The notes beneath the pieces are model-generated. The model was not told the origin of the DNA. It did not search any database and was given only the letters and a program-made list of their open reading frames with translations. Of a stretch of DNA of 64,000 bases, positions 38,508-47,536 are shown piece after piece (position 1 is the stretch's first letter; the number at the start of each line of letters is the position of its first letter). The stretch lies in assembly GCA_963695245.1 (NCBI GenBank), contig OY968770.1, forward strand, positions 1,126,238 to 1,190,237, given 5' to 3'. Origin of the DNA: an uncultured Gammaproteobacteria bacterium. Its GTDB lineage: Bacteria; Pseudomonadota; Gammaproteobacteria; JBGSLN01. The position numbers and the translations under genes were made by a program.

Positions 38508-38606
38508 ATGTAGGTTGGGCTGCAAAGCCCAACAGGGTTATTCATTTAATAATAGCCTTATTTAATTGCCACACCCTGTTGGGCTTAACTGCCCAACCTA
38601 CATTGA
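38508..38606. repeat. MITE/REP-like palindromic element, copy 8 (short-arm variant)
   Basis: ATGTAGGTTGGGCTGCAAAGCCCAACAG ... CTGTTGGGCTTAACTGCCCAACCTACATTGA. Confidence 0.85.
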
Positions 38607-38614
38607 TTGACTAT

Positions 38615-39028
38615 TTAAGATTCATTCCAACATTTTCTCCAGTCCAAAGTTCCACTGACCGTCTTTTTTCCGGTATTATCCATTGATAATATGCCACAGC
38701 TACCATCTTGCATAGCCTGAGTATTTTGTGGTGTTGCCTTTAACATATACTGATGATCCTTGGGAAAGCTTAAGGAAAAGTGATAATATTTTGTAGAAAG
38801 TAACTTTGCACGAATCAATTGTGAAAACTTTGCATCTTTATAGTTGCCCTGTTTGATATAGAGTCGCTCTAAAGTGCTGGATAAATTCATTAAAGTTGTT
38901 AAAGCTTCAGTTCGACGAACTTTAACTAAAACATGCTGGTAAGAAGGCATTGCCAGCACCACTACTATGGCAAATATGGAAAGGGTTACGGTGACTTCTA
39001 AAAGGCTGAATCCTGCAGTTTGGCGCAT
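38615..39028 (-). CDS. Type IV pilus minor pilin / pseudopilin (FimT/GspH-like)
   Basis: Prepilin leader and cleavage motif MRQTAGFSLLEVTVTLSIFAIVVVLA; 137 aa. Confidence 0.55.
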   Translation of the reverse strand: MRQTAGFSLLEVTVTLSIFAIVVVLAMPSYQHVLVKVRRTEALTTLMNLSSTLERLYIKQGNYKDAKFSQLIRAKLLSTKYYHFSLSFPKDHQYMLKATPQNTQAMQDGSCGILSMDNTGKKTVSGTLDWRKCWNES

Positions 39029-39079
39029 TTAGTTATCCTGTTTATAAAAAAGGTAATTATAGATAGATTTTAAATGGCT

Positions 39080-39093
39080 GTAAATCATTTTAC
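39080..39093. promoter_or_regulatory. Inverted repeat GTAAA-N4-TTTAC upstream of the response-regulator gene (candidate operator)
   Basis: GTAAATCATTTTAC about 50 nt upstream of the ATG; GTAAA half-sites recall CpxR-type boxes. Confidence 0.25.
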
Positions 39094-39139
39094 GCTTTAA
39101 AAAAGACTACAGTTAAGATATTAACTTTTAAAATAACCT

Positions 39140-39838
39140 ATGATGAAAAAAGCAATTTTACTGGTAGAAGACAATAAAAAACTGGCAGGCTTCATTAAAA
39201 AAAGTCTTATTGAAACAGGATATACTGTTGATGTAGAGGAACGGGGTGATAAAGCCGCCTATCGCATTTTGAAAGAAAATCCTGATCTTGTCATACTTGA
39301 TATTATGTTGCCGCAAATGGATGGCAGGCAAATATGTCAGACCGTTAGAAATGAATATCGAGGTAAAATTCTAATGCTGACAGCAATTAAAGATATCGAC
39401 AGTGAAGTAGATACATTAAATTTAGGCGCAGATAACTATTTAACAAAACCTGTGGAGGAGGCAGTATTACTTGCGCATATTGCGGCTTTATTTCGAAGGC
39501 CTAACTTATCAGAGAAGATAGATTTTTTGCAATTTGGTAAGCTATCCATTGACCTGATTCAAAATCAGGTACACTTATCCAGTCAGCTGGTTGATTTATC
39601 ACCCTCTGAGTTCGAGTTACTACTGCTTTTGGGTAACAATGCTGATCACTGCCTGAATCGTGATAACATTATGTTTGCATTACGTGGTCGTGAGTATGAT
39701 GGCGTTGATCGCAGCATTGATTTACGGATTTCTCATTTGAGAAGAAAGCTTTTAGATCACCCTCAAAAACCTTATAAAATAAAAACCATGCATGGTAAAG
39801 GATACATGTTGATTTCAACTGCCTGGGATGAGACATGA
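39140..39838 (+). CDS. OmpR/PhoB-family response regulator
   Basis: Receiver domain with the phospho-Asp in LVILDIMLP, winged-helix C-terminus; 4-nt overlap with the kinase gene. Confidence 0.85.
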   Translation: MMKKAILLVEDNKKLAGFIKKSLIETGYTVDVEERGDKAAYRILKENPDLVILDIMLPQMDGRQICQTVRNEYRGKILMLTAIKDIDSEVDTLNLGADNYLTKPVEEAVLLAHIAALFRRPNLSEKIDFLQFGKLSIDLIQNQVHLSSQLVDLSPSEFELLLLLGNNADHCLNRDNIMFALRGREYDGVDRSIDLRISHLRRKLLDHPQKPYKIKTMHGKGYMLISTAWDET

Positions 39839-41457
39839 CTAAACTCTATCTGAAAACCTTTATTCTGGTCATCATGCTGGCTATTTCAGTGCTATCAGTC
39901 AATCATTTTACCTATTCATATTTCACCACAAAAGACTTTAATCATATCAATCAATTTTTAACAAAAGGTACCTTTTCTTATCTTCAAGAACAATTAGCAA
40001 AAATACCACAGGCGCGGTGGACATCCACATTAAAAAAACTACAGCCAAAAAATATTCCCCTTGCAAACATTGTTCCCATTGAATCACTGAAACTCAGCAA
40101 AAAAAACAAAGCGAGATTGTTAAATGGCAGCATTGTGATTACTAAAGGAGAACAAATACACTATTCATATTTTTTATATTATGGATTATTCGAAACCTAT
40201 TCATATCAACGCATCGGTCAAAGCCAGTTTGCGTTGCAACTTATGTTAACCGAGCCTGTGAATCAAGTCATTAAAGGAACAATTGGCTGGATGATTCACA
40301 TTGCTCAATTAGAACTAAAAACAACATCACAAAGGCAATGGCCAAGGGTAATAAAGAAATTACAGACAGACTTTGGCGTGCCAATGCACATTATCCCAAG
40401 TAGCAGTGACGCCCTAACCAAAAAAATACGTCAGGATCTTAAAATTTATTCAGCAGCCTTTGCTTATCCTAAAACAAGCAAGTCAATTTCAACTGTATAT
40501 TTTCCCACGGAAAATCCAAATAAACTATTAGTCATAGGGCCAATTCAATATAGAAGTTTATTCAAATTATTTAACGTTGAACAAAACTATTATTTTATTA
40601 TCCTGCTTGTGGTTAGTGTTCTTATAGTCATATTTTTAACCTGGTTACTCAGTCGTAATGTTCGAAAAATTTATAGAATTACAGAACGTTATAGTAATGG
40701 TGATTTCAATAGCAATATACAGGTCAGATCGGTTTCAACCTTGCATGGTATTTATAAAAATGTTACTGCAATGGGGCATAATTTAAAGCGCTTAATTCAA
40801 TCCCAACAAAATATGACCCGTTTTGTTGCTCATGAAATTCGAACGCCGCTTTCAACCATGCAATTTGCTTTAGATGCGTTAAAAAAAGAGAAAAACTTAT
40901 CTGACTCTGGTCAGCAGAATTTAAATAGTATTCAAGAAGACATTCAGGAGATCAATCAGTTAGTAGCTTATTTTTTATTGTATTATAAGACAACCGCTCA
41001 TGAACTTAAGCCAAAATATGAGTTTGTCAATATCTGCAATTGGCTCAATAAGCTTGTTAAAAAATATGAATCCTCTAAAAAAATCATTCAATTAAAATTA
41101 CCTGAGCAAGAGACTTTAGAAATTTCTTGTGATCCTGATTTATTAAAACATGTAATTAATAATCTGATAACCAATGCCTTGAAGTTCGCTGAAACGACTA
41201 TTCTTATAAGCTTAGAAATTCATCAAGGATATGTAGAGATACATGTTGAGGATGATGGTCCTGGTATACCAGCATCAGAGATGAAAACTATATTCGAGCC
41301 TTTTGCTACGTTAAATGCAGAGCAAAATCTAAGTAAGCATATTGGGCTTGGTTTGACCATTGCAAAGTCCATAGTAGATTTGCATAAAGGAACAATGATG
41401 GTTTCCAAGTCGAAAAAGATGGGGGGTGCTAAACTTAGCCTTCGATTAAAATTATGA
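39835..41457 (+). CDS. Sensor histidine kinase (two TM, periplasmic loop, HAMP, HisKA, HATPase)
   Basis: H-box HEIRTPLS; N, G1 and G2 boxes DDGPGIP and GLGLTIAKSIV. Confidence 0.8.
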   Translation: MTKLYLKTFILVIMLAISVLSVNHFTYSYFTTKDFNHINQFLTKGTFSYLQEQLAKIPQARWTSTLKKLQPKNIPLANIVPIESLKLSKKNKARLLNGSIVITKGEQIHYSYFLYYGLFETYSYQRIGQSQFALQLMLTEPVNQVIKGTIGWMIHIAQLELKTTSQRQWPRVIKKLQTDFGVPMHIIPSSSDALTKKIRQDLKIYSAAFAYPKTSKSISTVYFPTENPNKLLVIGPIQYRSLFKLFNVEQNYYFIILLVVSVLIVIFLTWLLSRNVRKIYRITERYSNGDFNSNIQVRSVSTLHGIYKNVTAMGHNLKRLIQSQQNMTRFVAHEIRTPLSTMQFALDALKKEKNLSDSGQQNLNSIQEDIQEINQLVAYFLLYYKTTAHELKPKYEFVNICNWLNKLVKKYESSKKIIQLKLPEQETLEISCDPDLLKHVINNLITNALKFAETTILISLEIHQGYVEIHVEDDGPGIPASEMKTIFEPFATLNAEQNLSKHIGLGLTIAKSIVDLHKGTMMVSKSKKMGGAKLSLRLKL

Positions 41458-41564
41458 ATTTGCTATTCAATTTTCTCTCAAATTTTAGGTATATACAAAG
41501 TTTATACATTTAAATTATCCTGAAATGTTATCTTAAACATATATCGAATTTTTGAGATTATCCA

Positions 41565-42002
41565 ATGAGTACTGATAATAAGACCCAGGGAAGTAATAGC
41601 TATGCTGATATTATTCGAACATCCAAGTTTTCAGGTAATCCCTGTGTAAAATGTGATGCCTTAGGCTTGCCTGTGTGTGTTTGTCCAAAAGGCGCGTCAG
41701 AATCTGAGGCAGAAAAAAAATTCGAAGAAACTATCAGGATGGATACGATACATTCTTTACCCTCTTTAAAACCTGATTTTTTAATGCTTTCTGAAGCAAA
41801 GAAAGCAAAACTATCTAAAACAGCAGAAGCGATCAAGACTTATTATTGTATTGACTCTAAAGATAATGCACAATCTGCACAAGCTAACTTTGATGAGAGA
41901 AATACCGCGGAAACCGATTTCACTGTAAGGCAAGAGAATTCTACACAAACAGATGGTGCTGATGATGAAATAGATGTCTATAGCGTTAGTGTATGTCCTT
42001 GA
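41565..42002 (+). CDS. Hypothetical protein, acidic C-terminus (effector candidate, weak)
   Basis: 145-aa ORF, CxxC..C..C N-terminal cluster, Asp/Glu-rich tail. Confidence 0.3.
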   Translation: MSTDNKTQGSNSYADIIRTSKFSGNPCVKCDALGLPVCVCPKGASESEAEKKFEETIRMDTIHSLPSLKPDFLMLSEAKKAKLSKTAEAIKTYYCIDSKDNAQSAQANFDERNTAETDFTVRQENSTQTDGADDEIDVYSVSVCP

Positions 42003-42055
42003 ATATTTTACTAAAAGTAATTAGATAATTCAAAAAAGTGGCTAATATAGTCCAC

Positions 42056-42661
42056 TTATTTTACAAAGGAAGCATAAAGTAAATCACTTAATAAATAACG
42101 TAATTCAAAATTTTGTTCTTGCAATTGGTGTAATCCTTTGAATAAATCCAGATAGTAGTTTTCAATATATTGGCTTATCTGTTTCAAAACAACCCTTATT
42201 TGCGAAAGCGAGAAAGCACCTTGATTCAAAACTTGATTGATTTCATTAAAAATTAAAGCCAAAGCAATAAAAGCTTTTGAGTTAGCTTCTAAGCCAAGCA
42301 GTAATATTTCTATTCTTTGCTGAAGAATATCAAATTCATAATGAATTTCATCTTGCATTTTTTCTAGACCATTGAACTCAATAACTTTTAAATTAAAAAT
42401 TAAAGCGCAATGAATACTCAACTTATCCAGTAAAATAATCAGATTAACCTCTTCTAAGTGTTTCTGAGTTTCAGCAGACAGTGAGTGTTGGTGTAAAGAG
42501 TTTAACAGGCAATAAAGCAGTTTATCCTGCGTACTTAAAGTAGGACGGGCCATTTCCAAGAGTTTTTTCATATGCTCAATAAATAATTGATTTGACTTGT
42601 TATTTTTAACAGCTTGCAGAATGGTTTTACAGTTTTGGGGTGAGGATAAATGCATAATCAC
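42056..42661 (-). CDS. Hypothetical protein
   Basis: 201-aa AT-rich ORF downstream of the third LuxR-type gene. Confidence 0.3.
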   Translation of the reverse strand: MIMHLSSPQNCKTILQAVKNNKSNQLFIEHMKKLLEMARPTLSTQDKLLYCLLNSLHQHSLSAETQKHLEEVNLIILLDKLSIHCALIFNLKVIEFNGLEKMQDEIHYEFDILQQRIEILLLGLEANSKAFIALALIFNEINQVLNQGAFSLSQIRVVLKQISQYIENYYLDLFKGLHQLQEQNFELRYLLSDLLYASFVK

Positions 42662-42737
42662 AATGTTTTATAAAATCATATAAACATTATGAAAAAAAAA
42701 AGGTGTTATGCCTATGGGGTAAAACCCCGAAACCTAA

Positions 42738-43535
42738 TCAGACAATGAGCTCAAGATAAAATTTAATTAAATCATACTTTCTGTCAATATTGACTTTATA
42801 TTTTATATTTGCGATGTGAGAATCAATCGTTTTGACTGACAAGCTCAAATCATTGGCAATGTCTTTATTGCTGGCGCCATAGCTGTGAAATTTTAATATT
42901 TCTGTTTCTCGTGCAGTTAGTTGATAATGACTTTGTAAAAAAGTTTGTGCCAGTAAAATTTTTTCGGGGATATATTCGCGACAATATTGAAAACAACCTG
43001 GTGCTACCAGCGCCGGTATATCAAAATAAAAATCTGCTTCAGCTTTTTTTAATAAATTTAAGGCCTGTTTTTTAATAAAGAAATTCTGAAATTTTAATCG
43101 CTCTAAATGGTTCAAATAAAAACCTTGTGGATTGATGGTGTCTTTTTTAGACGCATAACAGTAAAAATCAAAGTGCTCTGGATAGAATTCTACAAAGTCG
43201 ATGGGGTTGCTGTGGTTAAAAATTTCCTTAACACTATCGTAATTTTTACCATAAATATCAGTGTCTTTTGGGCAAAACAGTAACTGATTAGATTGCGGTT
43301 CCAATGGAAATTCATCAATAAAACCAAAATTTTTGTCCAAATGAAACTGCATTACTTCAGGATGAGTTGTCAGTAACACTGATTTACCATTTTTGTAAAA
43401 TCGTCCAAATACGAAAAAATTAATAGATGAGTCTTGAAACAAATTATTAGACAAATTTATTAGAACTCGCGCAGTTTCATTAAAAAACTTTTTAGAAGTT
43501 TGGGATAGCTTAGCAGAAGAAATTACTGTACTCAT
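42738..43535 (-). CDS. LuxR-type HTH regulator with an uncharacterised N-terminal domain (paralog 3)
   Basis: C-terminal LTARETEILKFHSYGASNKDIANDLSLSVKTIDSHIANI. Confidence 0.55.
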   Translation of the reverse strand: MSTVISSAKLSQTSKKFFNETARVLINLSNNLFQDSSINFFVFGRFYKNGKSVLLTTHPEVMQFHLDKNFGFIDEFPLEPQSNQLLFCPKDTDIYGKNYDSVKEIFNHSNPIDFVEFYPEHFDFYCYASKKDTINPQGFYLNHLERLKFQNFFIKKQALNLLKKAEADFYFDIPALVAPGCFQYCREYIPEKILLAQTFLQSHYQLTARETEILKFHSYGASNKDIANDLSLSVKTIDSHIANIKYKVNIDRKYDLIKFYLELIV

Positions 43536-43569
43536 ATCATCTAAAAATTATTAATACCTCTATATGATA

Positions 43570-44862
43570 TTATAACTCAAAATAATTTTTGATACGCTGA
43601 TAATGTTCGTTGACTTTGGCACCATCAGCTGTACTTATGTTATTTTGTTCAAGTGCTTCTATGAGTGCCTCTGATTGTTTTAATAAAATTCGTTCAATAG
43701 ATACTTGTAAGTTTTGCATGAGTAAACTGTAAAAAATCTGCAATAGACGGATAGAAACTTTAAGATCAGTTTTTGCCTGTTGTCTTAATCGAACAAAGCC
43801 AGATTCGATAATATTTTCAAAATTTCTAGGTCTTTTGACGAGTCTTAATTGTTTTTCTTCATCATAAACAAACTTTTCATCCTCAGCATACTGGTTTAAA
43901 CACTGTATGGCATATCCTAATCGGTCAGCACAATTAATAGCTGTGAAAGGATTAGCCATGCTGGGAGATAAAGCCCGAATGGCAATTTCCGCCAGTTGTT
44001 CAAAAGCAAACTCTATGTCCTGAATGGTATTACGACGAATGCCGAGAGTCAGACAGCCTGGCAGTTGTTTTGCTAAATTGGGATCAAGAGGGTGCTGATG
44101 TCGAATGTTAAAACAGATTTGATTTTCCCACAGGTAATGCCCAGGACGAAACAAAATTTCGATGATACAATCATATTTGATTGCAAGCTTCAAACATTTA
44201 TCAAAATCTATAATTTGAATATAGCCGGAAGATATACTGCAGGCTGGGGTGGTTAAATATCCGCAGAGTTGTTCTTCTGAATCCGTGTTTTGATGAGCAT
44301 GATCACTTAATGGTTTTAAATTGCGTTTCAAACAATGTGAAATTTCATTACCTAAAAACACTAAAATATTATCAATTTGGATAACATGGCAGACATAGTG
44401 AATGAAATAAATAATTAGAAAAAAGCATATGATGCCAATGATTACGCCAATAGAGGTAATCAAAAAAAGCTCGCTGGCACTGTAAGAATTAATGGTAATT
44501 AATAGCATGCCAAATAGTGGATAAGCAAAGGAGCCTAAAAAATATCCTATAATAATTTGTGTTCTTCCCTGTTTCATAAAATTAGGAATAAGCCTTGGAC
44601 CCAGTTGGTTACTGGCCAAAGATAAAATCAAAACAGTGATAGATAAAATAACACTAGACATGGTGGCTGTAGCACTGGCTAAAACCGATAAAATATCCAT
44701 CGAGTTTTCGTAGTTAATTTCTAATAAAAAGTCTTTATCAAAGTAACCACCTATAAGATGAATAAGATAGGCTAAAATAATCGCCCCAATGGTCATTAAA
44801 GAGGGAATGACCCAGTAATTGGCATAAAAGTTTTCTGAATATCGGATAAGATTATAGCGCAT
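43570..44862 (-). CDS. Membrane protein (DUF2254-like: four N-terminal TMs plus a large cytoplasmic domain)
   Basis: 430 aa, topology only. Confidence 0.3.
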   Translation of the reverse strand: MRYNLIRYSENFYANYWVIPSLMTIGAIILAYLIHLIGGYFDKDFLLEINYENSMDILSVLASATATMSSVILSITVLILSLASNQLGPRLIPNFMKQGRTQIIIGYFLGSFAYPLFGMLLITINSYSASELFLITSIGVIIGIICFFLIIYFIHYVCHVIQIDNILVFLGNEISHCLKRNLKPLSDHAHQNTDSEEQLCGYLTTPACSISSGYIQIIDFDKCLKLAIKYDCIIEILFRPGHYLWENQICFNIRHQHPLDPNLAKQLPGCLTLGIRRNTIQDIEFAFEQLAEIAIRALSPSMANPFTAINCADRLGYAIQCLNQYAEDEKFVYDEEKQLRLVKRPRNFENIIESGFVRLRQQAKTDLKVSIRLLQIFYSLLMQNLQVSIERILLKQSEALIEALEQNNISTADGAKVNEHYQRIKNYFEL

Positions 44863-45227
44863 TGATTATATTTATTATGCTTTTACTTAAATATAGCATA
44901 TACGCCACACCATTCAAACGACTATGTTTTTAGTAACAGTAAGCTAACCTGTCACCGGAATAATTTAAAGCAAATAATTGGGCTAAAAAATTTTTCTGTA
45001 TATCAAAAATTTCGCTATTAAAAAACAGATGATCTGGTTAGTCGGAACAGTGCAGAAAAACCTCATTCAAAATATGACAAACTATTTTTCAACAGGCTTT
45101 GCTTATAAATGAATGTATTCAAATTATGATTTATCTTAAAAACAATACATGAAGCATTTTAAACTTCAATAACAAATAAAGTAAATTGGATATAGCTTGA
45201 CCAAACCCCCTTTTCTATGATGGAAGA

Positions 45228-45656
45228 TTGCAGCGTTTTTGTTTTTTTATCCTTAGTACGCTAAAAAATTATACCCCTCAATCACTTATTAATTCTACCG
45301 TTATATTAAAGTCAATATGTAAGCATGGGCTTACTATACCTAGAAGCTGTTCCATACGTGGTGCGTTAAAATCAACAGGTGATGAAGCGTTGTTTTGTTA
45401 TAGTCAAATTAATTTGGAATGTATTGACGAAGCGGCAGCATTAGAAGCGTTAGCTTATCATGATAAAGAAAGCATGTTAAGCATCGCAATGGAACGAAAT
45501 TTTAGCGATGATTTTAAACAAGAAATGCCTTTGAGTTCTTTATGCTCTATAGTATTTATTTTTGAAATTGACAAACTTTGGAAGTCGGGCGGAAAAGTTT
45601 TTGCTAACAATTGTTACGGAGACGCACTAGTACTATTTCCATTTAATTTTGATTGA
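45228..45656 (+). CDS. Hypothetical protein
   Basis: 142-aa ORF. Confidence 0.2.
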   Translation: MQRFCFFILSTLKNYTPQSLINSTVILKSICKHGLTIPRSCSIRGALKSTGDEALFCYSQINLECIDEAAALEALAYHDKESMLSIAMERNFSDDFKQEMPLSSLCSIVFIFEIDKLWKSGGKVFANNCYGDALVLFPFNFD

Positions 45657-45709
45657 TAGAATATTAATGAAGCTGCGGCAGATGTCAGAGTAGTTTTAGA
45701 TAACTATAG

Positions 45710-45850
45710 AATGTAGGTTGGGCTGAGGTCGGAAGCCCAACAAGCCGTGGCAATTAAATAAGGTCGTAATTAAATGAATACCCTGTTGGGCTTCCTTCGT
45801 CAGCCCAACCTACATTGATATGTTTCAATTTTGAAGTGTTGCGTAAATCT
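45710..45850. repeat. MITE/REP-like element, copy 9, extended variant with a TTTCAATTTTGAAGTGTTGCGTAAATCT flank
   Basis: GAATGTAGGTTGGGCTGAGGTCGGAAGCCCAACAAG ... CCTACATTGATATGTTTCAATTTTGAAGTGTTGCGTAAATCT. Confidence 0.85.
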
Positions 45851-45964
45851 AAACTTAGTACAAACCGGACATTCTTACTTTGCAGCTACATTTAAATTTT
45901 AGATAATTGCGCTAAGCCAAAAAAAACCTTAGAATATCTAAGCATATGCAAAAAGAGGTAATTA

Positions 45965-46384
45965 ATGAAAAAGATCATCATCCTGTTGTCCATTTTAAGT
46001 TCACTTGCATCCTATGGATTTGCTGGTGAAACTAAAACTTGCAGTGTAGGTATGCCGTGCACCGTAGCTTCAGACCAAACTGTCACCATCAATTCACCAA
46101 GCACTCAAGCAGGCACCTGGTATATTGAATACGGCCAAGGGCAATGCCAGATATTGTCTCAACAAGGCCAACTACAATTTTCAAGCTGGAATTATAATCA
46201 GATTTCTGGTCTTAGCAAAAACCAAAATTTAAGCCCAGGCCAAGTCTCCAATTGGGCAGGCAAAATGTTGTCCTCTGCCGCTAATAACGGTGTATTTAAC
46301 CATTTTGCACTTAAATTCACCAACATAAGTCCTAAGCCAATGACATTTATTTGTGATGGTAAGTTCCAATCTCATTGGTGGTAA
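45965..46384 (+). CDS. Small secreted Cys-containing protein (hypothetical)
   Basis: Signal peptide MKKIIILLSILSSLASYGFA, five Cys; RBS AGAGGT. Confidence 0.4.
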   Translation: MKKIIILLSILSSLASYGFAGETKTCSVGMPCTVASDQTVTINSPSTQAGTWYIEYGQGQCQILSQQGQLQFSSWNYNQISGLSKNQNLSPGQVSNWAGKMLSSAANNGVFNHFALKFTNISPKPMTFICDGKFQSHWW

Positions 46385-46412
46385 TAACCTCATCCCTTGA
46401 ATTACCTATTAA

Positions 46413-47351
46413 TTAAACTAACATGCTTTGTTGATGGTTCGAGAAAGTGCGATTGTGCTGAATGCGCTCATTGATATAATCTTTAAAAGCAATAATCTTC
46501 GGCGCAACAAATTCCGCTTTTTGATAAACCATATTTAAATTATAAGTCTGTTCAGCTAGAAGTGAGCTCAAAGTGACAAGCTCTATAAGAGAATCATTAT
46601 AGCTAGCAGCAATTTTTTTAAACAATAAATCTGGAATTTGAGCTATACCAAGGCCATTCAATGTAGCATAGCAAAGTGCTGCGGTGTCATTAAAGCTAAT
46701 CGAAGTATTAAACTGAATTTTTAAATTTTGGGTAGAATGTAATACTCTATCGAATTTTCGAGTTTTCAAATTAAGGTATCGATGGACTGATAAATCATTG
46801 ACTTTTACAGGTGTACCATATTTAGCAAGATATAATTTTGCAGCAGTTAATATTAATTTACCAGTATAAATTTTTTTAAACAGACAGTTTTCATAATATT
46901 CTTTGGCTGTTTCATCAGTAACACCGAACAATATATCATATTTTTTAGAATAATAAGATTTAAAATAGTTTTTCAAACTGATATCTACTGAAATTTTAGG
47001 ATATTTGTTCATAAAGTCCTTTAATAAAGGAATCAAAATGGATTCACTAACGCCAGAATGGCAGACAATTTTTAATTGTCCGGCAGGCTCATTTTCAATA
47101 TTAACTGAAAAATCTTTAATGCTGTCAATCTGGGAAATAACCATTAAGGCTTTTTGGTAGATCACCTGACCCAAATCAGTTAAAACTTTTTTACGATTAA
47201 TGGTTTTAAAAATCGGCAAATTTAATTCCAACTCCAAAGCTCGCATCTGTTTACTTACAGCCACCGTTGTAATATTCATAAATCTAGCAGCATTGGAAAA
47301 ATTACCCTTTTCTACCACATTTTTAAAAATTCTAAGTTGATTAACATTCAT
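46413..47351 (-). CDS. LysR-family transcriptional regulator (ATG at 47351; ORF-track start 47369 is TTG)
   Basis: N-terminal HTH MNVNQLRIFKNVVEKGNFSNAARFMNITTVAVSKQMRALE; divergent from the 47537 gene. Confidence 0.85.
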   Translation of the reverse strand: MNVNQLRIFKNVVEKGNFSNAARFMNITTVAVSKQMRALELELNLPIFKTINRKKVLTDLGQVIYQKALMVISQIDSIKDFSVNIENEPAGQLKIVCHSGVSESILIPLLKDFMNKYPKISVDISLKNYFKSYYSKKYDILFGVTDETAKEYYENCLFKKIYTGKLILTAAKLYLAKYGTPVKVNDLSVHRYLNLKTRKFDRVLHSTQNLKIQFNTSISFNDTAALCYATLNGLGIAQIPDLLFKKIAASYNDSLIELVTLSSLLAEQTYNLNMVYQKAEFVAPKIIAFKDYINERIQHNRTFSNHQQSMLV

Positions 47352-47417
47352 AGAAAACACCTTTTGCAAACCTTAGACAATTGTACAGGTGTTTTCAGAA
47401 TTGATAAGCTAAAAAAA

Positions 47418-47460
47418 GTTAACCGTTTGTAAAAAAAAGGTTAACTAAATTTTAGTTAAC
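47418..47460. promoter_or_regulatory. Candidate LysR operator: GTTAACC-N14-GGTTAAC inverted repeat plus a third GTTAAC half-site
   Basis: Perfect 7-bp IR at 47418-47424 and 47439-47445, extra GTTAAC at 47455-47460, in the divergent LysR / 622-aa-gene intergenic region. Confidence 0.4.
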
Positions 47461-47536
47461 TATGAATAACTTTTAGTATGTTTAAATTTTTTTAGTTTTG
47501 GCTAAGGTGTAGTTATATTGATACATTTAAAGCTAT

